From NCBI GenBank assembly GCA_054600435.1, contig BAAIJX010000009.1:62001-126000 (forward strand): a stretch of DNA of 64,000 nt, given 5' to 3'. Below are positions 12,228 through 24,683 of the stretch, piece by piece. A program made the translations under genes and the position numbers. Every line of letters starts with the position of its first letter. Within the stretch, counting starts at the first letter, position 1. Below the pieces are notes generated by a model. That model was not told the origin of the DNA, did no database searches, and saw only the letters and a program-made list of their open reading frames with translations. Source of the DNA: Neophaeotheca triangularis (lineage: Eukaryota).

Positions 12228-13118
12228 TCAACGGTCCCCACGTCGCCTTGCTGGATTATTGACGGTGCGACGCTCCCGACGAGGCTCCGTAGTCATCACA
12301 TACGGCTGGTCAGTCTCGCCCAGCCTACCGAACTTACGAAGCTCCTGGTACTGCGGCTCGGTGATGAGTCGATTCGCCCACAAGTGTCGCGATAGGCTCG
12401 AGTCGGCACGGTTGGTGGTGTCAACCTCTTCGGCAAAACTATGAGAGCTCGCGATGTGCGCGTTACGTGCCGTCCAGGCTTCGTTGCCACTATCCGCATG
12501 AAAAACTGCCGGGCAAGCTTGGAACGGGCAATGGATATTCGTCGGCAAAATGTGCCTGAAATGGATCGTCCGCGTATGCAAGTCCCATTCACCGAGGTCG
12601 CTGAAGAGGTCGCGACAGTTCAGGAAGTGGCAAGCACAAGCAAGGCCGGACTCCTGCTGCTGGCTAGGCTGATGGAGAACACCCTGCTCATCCTCTTCGA
12701 GCAAACTGCGTTGATAGAGGGAACTGACCCGACTAGTGTGTGCCGATGGAGCGTACGACAATGTCGATGTGGAACCCAGAGTTCGTAGACGACTTGATGG
12801 TGTGGGGCTAGTCTCTGAAGGGCTGCGACTGCTAGTCCCCAGTTCCATGGACGACGTGACCGAATCCCGCCTTGTGGAAATGGCTCTTGGCACCCGATTG
12901 TCGGTTACTGATTCTGACCCACGATGAAGCGAATATTCCGGATATCCGGGATGGTAGTTGTCCCTATCCCAGCCATGGATCATGAGTTCGATTGTTCGCG
13001 GGAACAAACTGGGTTGTCGCGGCACACGCGCCACACGAGGCTGCCCTGATGCGTTGGCAGTCCTCGGGCCAAGACCCGACTCATTCGAGGAGTCGTTGCC
13101 GGACTCTGAGGAAGGCAT
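12228..13118 (-). CDS. Hypothetical protein (296 aa) with two degenerate C2H2-like zinc fingers
   Basis: ATG-started ORF; CHFLNC-x12-H-x4-H and CPFQAC...HIASSH patterns; Ser-rich N-terminus. Confidence 0.7.
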   Translation of the reverse strand: MPSSESGNDSSNESGLGPRTANASGQPRVARVPRQPSLFPRTIELMIHGWDRDNYHPGYPEYSLHRGSESVTDNRVPRAISTRRDSVTSSMELGTSSRSPSETSPTPSSRLRTLGSTSTLSYAPSAHTSRVSSLYQRSLLEEDEQGVLHQPSQQQESGLACACHFLNCRDLFSDLGEWDLHTRTIHFRHILPTNIHCPFQACPAVFHADSGNEAWTARNAHIASSHSFAEEVDTTNRADSSLSRHLWANRLITEPQYQELRKFGRLGETDQPYVMTTEPRRERRTVNNPARRRGDR

Positions 13119-16100
13119 CGTGCCTGTGGCTGATCACTAATTGCCCGTAAAACATTAGCTTCCTCGAATTTGTGAAAGACATGGAAAGGGTCGATACAGT
13201 GCAAATAAAGGGGACCATAGACAAACTTTGAAACGACTGTGATGTGCGCGTGACCAACGTGGCTCGCGACGCATGAAAGACCCCCGTCGTCTACGTCGAC
13301 GACATACGGAAGGAGTCGGAGCATGACTGGCCGAGACTTTCGACCCGGTTTGATGGTCCAAAGAACCATCAAGCGCCGGCGCCTGCCTTTTGCGCGGGCA
13401 GCAGGGACGATTCCCAAGCCGTGAACTCGCTATACACATTGCGCATGGAAGCCCCTTGAGCAGATCGCACTACGCTGTGAGAGTTGTGCGCGACCCAGGA
13501 GCTTTGGATCACGGTCATTTTGAGAGAGGACAAAGTATCTGTCGAGTCAAATGAGCGACAAGGCAGTGTGGTAACACAGCATTCTCTAGGATTCTCGTGG
13601 GGATATTCTTCCATGCATCTCAGTTGCATAAAGGCTCGCAAAATCTCCGTATCAAACAAGGGTGGCTACGGTTATACCGCTAATTCGATCGGTCTCCGGC
13701 TTCCTGATAGTAGAGTAATTCTGGACATGAGACACCAGGCGCGAAGCGTCGATCTCTCAATACCATCGATAGCCCCCGCAAGCGACAGGCGCGGGCTTTT
13801 GGCGACATTCGCTGGGAGCTCACCGGTCAACAATGCAGGTCAGCGCGGGATGATGCGCCGAGCTTGGGGGATGGTTGGTAGTCTGCCCGAAATTGTGCTT
13901 GATGTACAATTGTACGCGCAGTTTGGCGAATCGATATTGGAGAGATGCAAAGATTGAATGGGTCGTGGATAGTGCAAGAAGGCGACTAAAGAGGCTGAAC
14001 AAGACGAGGTGAAGTCAAGGGCTCTCTTTGTACGTGCTTTGACACTAGACCGGATTGAGCGAGAATGTGTGTATCAGACATAACCTGAGAAGATACAGTA
14101 TGTGGTGGGCATCATTCGATTCGAAAAGATACCTATGAATTACGAACTACCAGGGGACTCGCTGCCCTATGCCGCTTGCCAAAGGAGCGCCAAATTCATG
14201 CAGAGTCGAGTGTCGACCCTTGAGCAATACTGCATGGAATTACTACCCACAGCTGGCTTCGACAATTGACCTGGCCGAAAGGTCATGGACAGCAAGAGAT
14301 ACCTCAAGTAATCATGTTCCGATAGGGTTGATCCAGCCCGAGCTGGCACATTCCCATAATAGAATGCCATATATAGATATATGTGTGTGTGTCGGCTTAC
14401 GAGTGCTTCCAGTCCACCCTTTGTTCCTACGCCCATCCACGCCGGTTGCTCGTAGATTGACTGGCTGGTGCTTTAGATATATGCTCGTGTACGAATCCTT
14501 TTTCGAATTCATGCAGCATCCGCAAGCAAGGCTCTCTGCTTCTGTTGCGGACCTGTGTTTCCACAGTAGCGAGCAAATGTTCATCTTTTTCATCTCACGA
14601 CCTTCTTCTTTTCGTCCGCCCGAGGTGTTGTTGTCTGTCCTCGATCGTCACCTAGAGCTACCGTCTCATCTGACTCGCTTGACCTGACGAGGCCTGGTCC
14701 TCGGATGGACATTCCAGACACCGAATTCCAAGGGACGCCCAGGGCTCGTGGCTGCTCGAAGATGAGCTGATCTCCCACAGCCTACGACAGAAGCAGTGTT
14801 CGCCGTACTCGCCTTATTGCGAGCTTGTTGCTGAATGTACATGGGAAGCACATTGTATTCGGCGTACGTCGTGATTCCATCGAGGCTGTTTCGTGTGTCG
14901 GATGGAAGCCATGTTCTCGTCACGCTGATAAATCTACTTAGCAAAAGTACTCGTAACATTGTCTATACCACTCTTCATTCGCTTGATACTTGGGTATCAG
15001 TTTGGCCGATATCGTCATGGCTAATGTTATACCAAGATATCTTGATTGTGTCAGCCGGACAGCCACCAGAAAAAGAAATCCAAGGTACCTGTCTCGTCTG
15101 GAGTCAGGCCGAAGAAGCGATGCTTGGCTTGGCAGAGTTCTGGGTAACTTTCACATGCCAGTTGGGACGACTTCACATGCTTCAACTCCCAACGTCCTGC
15201 AGCTCAAGGAATACGCCTGGCTGCCTCTCTGTACACGACTACACCTCACTTGATGCTGCTCTGTCTAGCGAAACATTGCCCGAGCATTTTGCAGACCTTG
15301 CGCGAAGAAGACAAGGCACATTGGCTCATTTCGGACATCACTCACCGTCGCATTTTCCGCCCACGCTTCGAGTCCTGAGCATCATACCGCCCGGCTCAAA
15401 AAAGATCCCAATCGCCGATTCTCCCCCCTTGGGACTTGCTCTTCGATAAGCAGTCTCGACGCATAACGCAGGCCTTTGAGAAGAAAGATTTGAGAAGCAG
15501 AATCAAGCGCAGAAATATCGCAACGTCAATCAGCGACGTTGTAGTAGCGGAGACGGAATACCCAGGCCTTTCCCGTTCCTGGTAATTTCAGAGTGCAGTC
15601 CGCAAGTATTTGCGTCATTCTGTAGAAGTACGCCCTTCCGTATTTGCAGGTGCCAGGGACATCAGCCGAACAGCGCAATAGAAAATTGCCCTTCATCGCG
15701 GCGAAAGAGAAACACACGTCGGCAAGACACTGGCCGAACTCGGGGAGCGCAACATCGCTGGACAGCTGTAAAGATACCGCCGGCACTCAGAACGAGTCGA
15801 ACGCTGTAGTTGGAAGGCCACATCCTTCGAGGTACTCGGTCGATTACCCGTGAAATTCCGACGTCGTGAAGCTGGAGTTTGGTAGAGCACAAGCCGGGAA
15901 TATCGAGAGGACGACATCGCACCCCTTGATATTGCCGCGATAGAAAGATCTGTCGTCTCGAAAGAGCTTGTATGAGAACATGACAGAGCCTTTGCCGATA
16001 TATCAGAAGCCTGCACGACCTCCTAATCGACTACACCGATAAATCCGCCGTGTACCAACCAGCGCCCCGCGGAGCAGCGAAAAAAGACGACCAACGGCGA

Positions 16101-17867
16101 TTGAGCCCATTGATTCCTGCAAAATACTTGCAGATACGATGGGGATGGATGACATGGCCTCGGAAGGCCAGCTGCTGCCATTCGGTTGTAAGTAGCTCCT
16201 TTTCTTTCCATCGGGTGCGTGGACAGTAGCGCCAGAAGCATACCTGCAGTGGTCAGCTCGTGCTTTCCATTTCACATTGTTGGGGGCGCGAGCGTGGGGT
16301 GATGAGGGCCTGCGGGTTCTCAGTCCTCGACAAGTGCAAGGAAATGACAGCACCAACTCTGCCATGCTGTCGACTCAACGCTGTCCGATGACCCTGTCTG
16401 TTTGGTCGAAGGACTGGGCAGCTGTACTTTATTGTCCAGGCCGCGTCAACTGCTTGCGCACTTGACTCGACGTGAATGCTGCGTTGCTGTGGAAGCTACC
16501 TCGGCGTCAACTGCCAAGACTTACCTGAGGTATACTCGCTTACACTTCTCAGTCAACTTCCAAGCGTACGACGACCCAGACCTTACCTCCCAATTCTATC
16601 CCTCAGACCCTGGAAGTATCTTGTCGACCCAAGACAATACCTCTCTCCAACACTTCTTTGACACCCACGGCTTCAATAGCGCTGCCACCGGCGTGAATGA
16701 GACTTCATCCCAAAACGGAAGCCTGAACTTCCCCGTGAATCCTGATTTTGCCGGCCACGGCAATAGGTACTTATTTCTCCGCTCCACACCAAGATACCTG
16801 CAACCTAGCTTACACCTTCATAGATTCGACAACCCTTCTCTCTCCCATAACCTTCCACCACATCCTCCCTTTACCAACCTCGAGCGAGCCGAACGAAGTT
16901 CAGAACCCGAACGGTTAGTATATGCCCCTTCTTACCACGTGTTCCCCAGCCTTGCGCGGTCTACTCAAAGCGTATGGAAAGTGCAGCTGGCCTTCCCCAT
17001 ACCTCGAATACCAAACGTATACAGTAGCTGACGTGACAAGACGGCTTTCAACCCCTGCGGCAAAGAACAGCCAACCAATACCTCTTCAGGCTCCCCCTGG
17101 AATACCAGCGCGACCAGAAATACCACCTCACACCGGTGAGCCTCCTTTGAAGAAGGCCCGCACATCGGCTACGGCGCGGTAAGTTCCACCCCAACGTCAT
17201 CTCGACCTCCGTGAATGCCAAACCTCACTTGGCTGCAACGTCACTTAGCACGAGCCAAAAGGGGAACAATCTCATGCGTCCCGGTTCTCGGGCCGAGCTA
17301 GCCCCGTGGTCAGGCGCTCTTTAGCAAACCTCACCGTGCTAACTTACTTCTCCTATAGAACTTCTCTCCAGCCTCCCACAAACTACTCCCCCACTACCTA
17401 CCCTCCGACAAACCGCCCTTCTACCCACCAAAGACAAGACCACCATCAAACAACATCACCCACTACCGAGACGTAAGTACACCTCCCTATATACCTTGTG
17501 GCCTGTGCAATACCATGAACTTGCACTCGATGTACGCGACAACGATTTCTGCAACCCGCGACAACTTCACGACTCGAAGCCGAATCTGCGATGCTTTCTT
17601 ACTGCGAGAACACGTATTCACACCGTGTACTGGCTCGCCAGCTCTACTGCAAGACTCCTCTTAGCCGGGATCTTGAACATACGCGTTACTAAGAGGAAAG
17701 CCGGCATAACGCGGGCTTCAAAGCGCATTTACGTGCCTTGTCTACCTACTAGAGGCCGCCCGGACCTATATCACATGCGCTACTTGTTTATAAAGAAAGA
17801 AGTTGAAGTTCGTACTCTTATACTAACAAACTTGGTTAGTAGTCTTAATTCACCAACGAAAACAAAC

Positions 17868-19448
17868 ATGGCTCGAGCCCCGAACTTTAGCGGCTACGGC
17901 GACGGTAGCAACAAGGACGAGGACATGTTCAAAAACGACTTCGAAAACGTCGATTTCGGTGCTGGCAACGGTTACTCGGACAGGCGCTTTGCCAACCCTG
18001 CTATGCCCCCCGCTACTCAAGCCACCCAACTGGGGAACATGCGTGGTGGGTCCGAGACCTTCAACTCCCGTGAGCAGAACACCTCGGGCGAGACCACGGA
18101 TGCCGCCAACATCTTGACGGACCTTCGCCAAGCCGGTTCTGCCCCTGTCGCTCCCATGGGAAGCAGCGTCGGCGGACAGCAGTACGATGGTCAGCATCAG
18201 GGTGGATACCAATACGGCGGACAGCAGCAAGGTGGTGTTCAATACGGTATGCATTTTCATCAAGGTGGGTACCAGTACGGTGCGCAAGGACCCGTGATGC
18301 TTGGGAATGGTACGTGGCAGCAAGGGCACACCTACGCGCAAGCACACCCTACGGCAGCTGGCAACCACTACGGTCTTCCGGGCATGCCTAGGAGCTTCGC
18401 GACTACGAGTTCGACCGAGTTCTCCCACGGGTTGCCAAGTGGAAGCGGGAATGGGGACCAGAACCTTCCCTCCGGATACTACCACACTGCTGCACCGACC
18501 CATCAACCCCTCATCCACCATACACAACCAGTGGCACGCAGTTTTGCGTTTGGCACCGACACTTCCTTCGGCGAGGGTGGATACCGCGGAAGCACGGCTT
18601 ACGACGAAGAAGAGAAGGCGCACAACCTCCAGTCCGTTCCACTTGCTGACCGCCTTTCAGCCCAGCCATTCGGCATGCAACCGGAAGAGCAGACGCAACA
18701 GCCTGCCGACACCATGGGAATGCAAGGCTCTTTCGGTCAGGATGAGCGCCCCGTCCCAGGTTCGTACCAAGACCTCCGCCGTCGCTCCGGTACCGAAAAC
18801 GGTGCCTCCGGCCGCAGGAAGGAGGGCACCAAGAAGTCCCGCAAGACCCAGGATGCAGCCGCTGATGGAGTTGACTTCGCCGACGACGTCTCGATGGATG
18901 AGGAGGCCCCGAAGTCGCCATCGCCCACCGAGGATTTCTCCCACATCAAGCACCCCACCTTGCTCGGTCTCGCTCCAACCCGAAAGAAGGCTGCGCCAAA
19001 GCCAAAGAAGAAGAAGATTAGCAAAGCCGGTAGAGGCTCGCCCAGGACGAAGCTTACAGCAGAGCAAAAGAGAGCTAATCATACCAAATCAGAGCAGGAA
19101 AGGAGGGCCACCAAGGACAAGATGTTGAAGATCATGAAGACTCAGGTGCCAGTCCTTGAGGGCGGCAAGAGCGGACACTCTCAGGCCGAGGCGCTCGACG
19201 ACGGTGCCAACTACTTTGAGGCTACGATGCAGACCAACGACCGCCTTGAGCAGTTCCTCAACTCCGTGGCGCCCGCTCCTCGTGCCGACGCGTCCATGGG
19301 ACAGCACGCCGTCGATCCAGCCCTCGCGCCGTCCGGCCCACCCGCTCAAGGTCCTTCTGCCCCCTTTGGCAACGACGACGGGGAGGCTGACGAGAGCAAC
19401 GATGAGGATGACGAGGATGTCGAGGGTGGCTACTACGGCCGTCACTGA
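17868..19448 (+). CDS. bHLH transcription factor (Ino2/Ino4-like); minimal model from ATG 17868, possibly extended by upstream exons to about 16553
   Basis: Basic region RTKLTAEQKRANHTKSEQERR, helix-loop VPVL...SQAEAL, Lys-rich NLS, acidic tail; AAAC-ATG-G start just after TACTAAC...TAG acceptor (17821-17839). Confidence 0.8.
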   Translation: MARAPNFSGYGDGSNKDEDMFKNDFENVDFGAGNGYSDRRFANPAMPPATQATQLGNMRGGSETFNSREQNTSGETTDAANILTDLRQAGSAPVAPMGSSVGGQQYDGQHQGGYQYGGQQQGGVQYGMHFHQGGYQYGAQGPVMLGNGTWQQGHTYAQAHPTAAGNHYGLPGMPRSFATTSSTEFSHGLPSGSGNGDQNLPSGYYHTAAPTHQPLIHHTQPVARSFAFGTDTSFGEGGYRGSTAYDEEEKAHNLQSVPLADRLSAQPFGMQPEEQTQQPADTMGMQGSFGQDERPVPGSYQDLRRRSGTENGASGRRKEGTKKSRKTQDAAADGVDFADDVSMDEEAPKSPSPTEDFSHIKHPTLLGLAPTRKKAAPKPKKKKISKAGRGSPRTKLTAEQKRANHTKSEQERRATKDKMLKIMKTQVPVLEGGKSGHSQAEALDDGANYFEATMQTNDRLEQFLNSVAPAPRADASMGQHAVDPALAPSGPPAQGPSAPFGNDDGEADESNDEDDEDVEGGYYGRH

Positions 19449-19731
19449 GCATCACCACCCCACCCCACCCGACACACAACGTCTTGAGGCGTGAACAAGC
19501 GCTTCGACCTTGGTCGACTACTACACAAACACGATCACTACACCATGGAGCGATACATGCACAGACGGATGGATTGGCTGTTTTCTTCGGGATTTGAGGA
19601 GTTTTTTTTTAAGGATATACCCGGGGGCGTGGAGATTTCTGACAAGGCGGAATGGAAGGTGGAAGGGGTTTTTCCTTGTTGCGGGAGGATGAGACTGTGC
19701 ATGCTCGGGCTTGTTTTCTCATGCGGTTGCG

Positions 19732-19943
19732 GATCCCATTCGGCAAAGAGTGTGGGTCGACTAGTAGTGCTCCCTGCGGGCAACGAACGTCTTCCCCTGC
19801 TCCTGCCAATGGTTGCTTATCACAAATTTCCCAAGAGGAGAGATCCCATTCGGCACAGGGTCTGGCTAGTAGTGCTCCTCGTGGGCAACGAAAGTCTTTC
19901 CCTAGTCCTGCCAATGGTTGCTTGTTACATATTTCAAAAGGAG
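19732..19943. repeat. Imperfect direct tandem duplication, period 110 bp
   Basis: GATCCCATTCGGCA...CTAGTAGTGCTCC...GGGCAACGAA...TCCTGCCAATGGTTGCTT occurs from 19732 and again from 19842. Confidence 0.85.
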
Positions 19944-20623
19944 TGCTATCATGGTGGTTGAACCTCGGACGGGCAGGCTGCTTCTCGCGAGGCGGCTTGT
20001 GGCTAGTAGAGGGGCTCCCACTGTTGATATGCTACTCATAAATACCTGCTCATCAAATGGAACTGTGTTTCCACCAAACTTTAGTGTTTCTCGCTCGTAC
20101 GAGCTTTGGGAACGGATTCTTTTCTTTTCTTTTCAAGCTTCTGTGCTTTTGTACCTTGGACAGCCGGTGGATGGAAATAGTACGTTGATATGTTTTGTCA
20201 CTGCTTGCACACTGTACGTTGGGCTCGCGGCCAATTATTGCGCTTCCTAGAGCCTTTCTGTCTGACTCTATACAAATGCAGTCTTAAAACTCGTTCTTGC
20301 GTACTAGGAGGTAGTATCCACGGGCATACTCAGGGGTTTACCGAAGAGCTCATCGCAAGCGGAGCTTCGATCACCGAATGGTCACTGCGAGATCGGATCG
20401 AATCGACATCGCATCTGAGATGACGTCGTCGGATCGAAGCAAGATCGATTTCCAGGAACGAAGACGAAGGCGAGACGAAACTCGATTTTGAATGCGCTTT
20501 TGATAACGTTAAGTTATCCACGCGTCTACACTTTTCCTCCCACGGCGCGTGTCGTTTGCTACTGCTCAGTAAGGAAAACATTCCAGCAGACACCCTCCAA
20601 CACACGCCAAACACTCCCTTTAC

Positions 20624-23272
20624 ATGCTTAGCCTTACCCATCGCAACACCTTCCTGATCGCAACAAGATCGTTACCCAGATCCCACCGCGCCAGTCCTCG
20701 ATTACCTTTAATCAGCCTCATCACCATGGCGCCCAAGAGGAAGCTCTCCGGCACGACAGCGGCCATGGACATGCAACAGCAACAACAGCCCAAAGGCGGC
20801 AGCATGGGCCCGCCGCCACCGCTGAAGAAACGCGCTTCCTCGCGTCTCAATGGCGTCAATGCTACGACCGCGAACCCGGATGTCAATACTGATATCAAGG
20901 ACGCTCCGAATGCTACCAGGGCTTCTCCCGATAGTGATGTTAATGATGAGATTGTGCCTGGGCCTGTGGATGGGGTCAATGGCATTAAAGAGGAGAGTCC
21001 GCTTAGTGATGCGCCAGATATTGTTGCTGAGCCTGTAGTCAAGATGAACGGAAAGGGAAGGAAGGCGAAGGCTGCGGAAGAGGTCAAGGCGGCGGAGGAT
21101 AAGGTTGGGGCTGTTGTTGATGCCGCTGCGAACGGAGATGGTCAGGCTGTGAAGAAGGGAAGGGGCAAAAGGGCGCAGGTTAAGCAGGAACAGGCGGAGG
21201 ATGCGCCGGCTGCTGTTGAGCCTGCTAAGAAAGTTGCGCCGCCGAAGAAGAGCACTGATCAGGCTGCGGATCCCGAGGTTGAGGGTGAGGAGGAAGCGGA
21301 TGAGGAGGAGATTCAGGAGGCTTTATCTCGGCCGCCTCCTGTGAACAGCGACTACTTGCCTCTGCCGTGGAAAGGTCGGTTAGGTTACGCGTGTCTCAAC
21401 ACGTACCTTCGCCAGTCGAACCCACCCGTCTTTTCCTCCCGCACATGTCGTATAGCGTCAATTCTCGAGCATCGCCATCCTTTACGCGATCCGTCTCAGC
21501 CGGAGCACGCCACCAAGAACAGGCCTGACAAGACGAAGCCGGCGGATGTGGAACTCGGAAAGCGTTACGTCGAGTCGATCTGCCTGGCTAATGTTTACGA
21601 TATCAACAAGATGATTCGCTGGAACGATCGGTACAACATCAAGTTTTTGCGGCTCTCATCCGAGATGTTCCCTTTTGCCTCACACCCGGAATATGGTTAT
21701 AAGCTTACACCTTTCGCCAGTGAAGCTCTCGCGGAAGCTGGCAAAACGATTGCAAAATACGGTCATCGGGTTACTACGCACCCTGGGCAGTTTACGCAGC
21801 TAGGAAGCCCCCGAAAGCAGGTCATTGACAATGCTTTGCGGGATCTGTCCTACCACGACGAGATGCTAAGTTTGCTGAAGCTGCCAGAACAATTGGACAA
21901 AGACGCCGTGATGATCATGCATATGGGAGGGCTTTTTGACGGCAAAGAGGCCACGCTTGATCGTTTTAGGGAAAATTACAAGGACCTCCCGCAATCGATC
22001 AAGAACCGCTTGGTACTCGAGAACGACGATGTGATCTGGACCGTACACGACTTGCTCCCCATCTGCGAAGAGCTGAACATCCCATTCGTGCTCGACTATC
22101 ACCACCACAACATCATGTTCGACAGCGACAAGATCCGCGAAGGCACAAAAGACATCATGGACCTTTACCCACGCATCAAAGCCACCTGGGACCGCAAAGG
22201 CATCACGCAGAAAATGCACTACTCGGAGCCCACACCCCCAGCCATCACAGGCCGACAGCGGCGAAAACACAACCCCCGTCCCGCAACCCTACCCCCCTGC
22301 ACCCCAGACATGGACCTAATGATCGAAGCCAAAGACAAAGAACAAGCCGTCTTCGAGCTAATGAAAACCTTCAAACTCCCCGGCCACGACACTTTTAACG
22401 ACATCCTGCCCTACACACGCCGCGACGACAACAAATCCATCCTCGCCGCCGCCAACAAGAAGAAAACCCCCGCGCCGTCTTCGAAAAAGGGCAAAAGCAA
22501 GAAATCCGTCAAATCCGAGGAAACCGACGACACGGACGCTTCCGTCGCCACGGCCGACACAGCCACCGAGCCCGCCCTCATCCCCGACGACGACGTCGGC
22601 ATGGGTGGCCCCGAAGGCCGCGTCTACTGGCCTCCGGGCATGGAAGAGTGGCTGCGGCCGAAAAAGCGCGAGGTCAAGAAGAAGGAACCCGCAGCGGCGG
22701 GGAAGAGCGCCGCGCAGATTAAGAAGGAGGCTACGGAAGCTTATCAGGCGCTGGAGGCGCGGAAAGCTGCTGAGGCCAATGGTGGGGCTAAGGAGGAGGG
22801 GGTGAGTAGTGAGAGTGATGCCGATGCTACGCCGGCTACGAAGAAGGCTAAGGCGGCTATGAGGAAGAAGGATCGGGCTGATAAGGCGAAGGCGGTGGAG
22901 AAGGCGGCGATGGCTGATGCGAAGGCGGCGGCGAAGAAGGAGGCGGGGGCAGGCGGTGGTGGTGGGAAGGGCGGTACTGGGGCTGCGAAGAAGGGGAGAG
23001 CGAAGAAGCAGCAGCAGGTTGAGGAGGAGGAGGAGGAGAAGGCGGCGCCTACGCCTAGTGCGAGTGATGAGGAAGAGGATGCGGAAATGGAGCTTGATGA
23101 CGATGACGAAGAGGAGGACGATAAACCGCTCACGTCTGCGAAGAGGCGGGCGAATGTTGGTGGTGCCGCTGCTGCCAATGGCGCTGGTGGTAGAAGAAGC
23201 GGTGGCAGGGCGGCCAAGGCAAAGGCTGTCAACTATCAAGACGATGGGGACGAGGAGATGGATGAGGAGTAG
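20624..23272 (+). CDS. uve1: UV-damage endonuclease (UVDE/Uve1/MUS-18 family), intronless; second in-frame ATG at 20726
   Basis: PWKGRLGYACLNTYLR, FSSRTCR, LRLSSEMFPFASH, THPGQFTQLGSPR, RLVLENDD, VLDYHHH, QKMHYSE, DLMIEAKDKEQAV. Confidence 0.95.
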   Translation: MLSLTHRNTFLIATRSLPRSHRASPRLPLISLITMAPKRKLSGTTAAMDMQQQQQPKGGSMGPPPPLKKRASSRLNGVNATTANPDVNTDIKDAPNATRASPDSDVNDEIVPGPVDGVNGIKEESPLSDAPDIVAEPVVKMNGKGRKAKAAEEVKAAEDKVGAVVDAAANGDGQAVKKGRGKRAQVKQEQAEDAPAAVEPAKKVAPPKKSTDQAADPEVEGEEEADEEEIQEALSRPPPVNSDYLPLPWKGRLGYACLNTYLRQSNPPVFSSRTCRIASILEHRHPLRDPSQPEHATKNRPDKTKPADVELGKRYVESICLANVYDINKMIRWNDRYNIKFLRLSSEMFPFASHPEYGYKLTPFASEALAEAGKTIAKYGHRVTTHPGQFTQLGSPRKQVIDNALRDLSYHDEMLSLLKLPEQLDKDAVMIMHMGGLFDGKEATLDRFRENYKDLPQSIKNRLVLENDDVIWTVHDLLPICEELNIPFVLDYHHHNIMFDSDKIREGTKDIMDLYPRIKATWDRKGITQKMHYSEPTPPAITGRQRRKHNPRPATLPPCTPDMDLMIEAKDKEQAVFELMKTFKLPGHDTFNDILPYTRRDDNKSILAAANKKKTPAPSSKKGKSKKSVKSEETDDTDASVATADTATEPALIPDDDVGMGGPEGRVYWPPGMEEWLRPKKREVKKKEPAAAGKSAAQIKKEATEAYQALEARKAAEANGGAKEEGVSSESDADATPATKKAKAAMRKKDRADKAKAVEKAAMADAKAAAKKEAGAGGGGGKGGTGAAKKGRAKKQQQVEEEEEEKAAPTPSASDEEEDAEMELDDDDEEEDDKPLTSAKRRANVGGAAAANGAGGRRSGGRAAKAKAVNYQDDGDEEMDEE

Positions 23273-24683
23273 TGGGGCGAGCTCCCCCTGTAAGGACTTG
23301 TTGCCGACTCAATATCGACTAGCCATTGACCGCCGTCCGAGTGCTCGGTACCGTTGACACGAACGGCAAGAGATGAGAACTTCGTTTGACTTACGTGTTG
23401 AAGGCTGTAAAGATGGAAACAACGCCAGAGACCGTGCGTAGACTCCTCAATCCTGCATTTACATTAGCCTTCCGCAAAGGAAAATGTTTCTTACATCTTA
23501 GGAGACTCTGCAGACACGATCAAAGCTAACCGATTAGAAGGCATCCGCAAATCATGGCGGTAGGTGATTCCCATACGTGACCAATTTCCCTGCCTATCGC
23601 TATTTAGTTCTTGGGTGGATGCAGAATTTAGTCTCGCCTGCCCGGGTTCTAGGTCCCCGGAAACAGGAGTCCGTCTTTGCAACGCTTAAACAGAAAAGCC
23701 GATGACTGGTACAACGAAGGATGAGCGCGCAGGTGAGCACGCAGGTGAGACTCTTTGCTATGTCTTTATCCTTGTCCCTTTCTTTTCTTCCCCTCGCCCC
23801 CCTCCCCCCCTCTCCCGTTCCTCTCCCGCGACACTGTCCTCTTCCGTTCTCGTTGTCTTCCTCGAGAAACATCCACAATCCAAGACTATATCCTAGAACC
23901 AGCGCAAAGACCCTTAAAACACGGCACACCGCAACTAGGGCGTTCTCACCGAAGCCAGGGGAATCAAATACGGCGAACAGAACGCCACCATAGGCACCCA
24001 AGACCCGAGTACATTGGTCTCCTATAGCGATGTGGAATACAGCTTCCCAGCGGCTCGCCTCTCTACTCCCAACCGGCTCGACTTCTCACAGTGACCCGGG
24101 GAACTCTCCAGCCTCAAGCCCGACGTAGTCGCCGAGACCATCACTCACGTCTGTAATAGAGGTAGACGGGGCAGGCAAGAGTACTTGTGTCCTCGGTCAA
24201 CAGTACGACCTGTGAGGAGGGCCCTGTAGTCACAACAAGTAGCCCGAGAGATATGTACAACGAACGTTAGGCTATTCGTATGTACCTAGAGATATATATG
24301 TACATACATATATCCTTCAGGACGGGATGACCTAGGTTTATTAAGCTTTCGTCGCGCATGTTGCTCAGGCTGGCTTGAGGCATATGACGGGTGAAATTCA
24401 TGAAGATCTCGATAGAGTAGCAGCCGGGAGAGCCAGATGATTCACTCGTAGCAGCATCAGGGGGGAGGAGTCAGGACGGTCACGTTCAGCTTCACCCCCA
24501 ATAGGCGTCCAAACACGAATCTCAAGAGACGAAACATTTGCCCTTTACTCTGGTCATAAAGCGTTCATACCATCATACTGGAGACCAGTTGGAAAATACC
24601 TAATTCAAAGCCCGAAGCTGAAAACCCCAGCGCAGCCACTAGCGAATCCAACTCACGAAGATGAAAACTCAAAGAGATCCCCC

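Noticed and set aside
17496..17867. N-terminal 124 aa of the 650-aa ORF
   Set aside because: Starts at TTG inside the canonical 17473-17839 intron.
22358..23357. Long overlapping ORFs across the uve1 3' end
   Set aside because: Produced by GC-rich low-complexity Ala/Lys/Glu codons.
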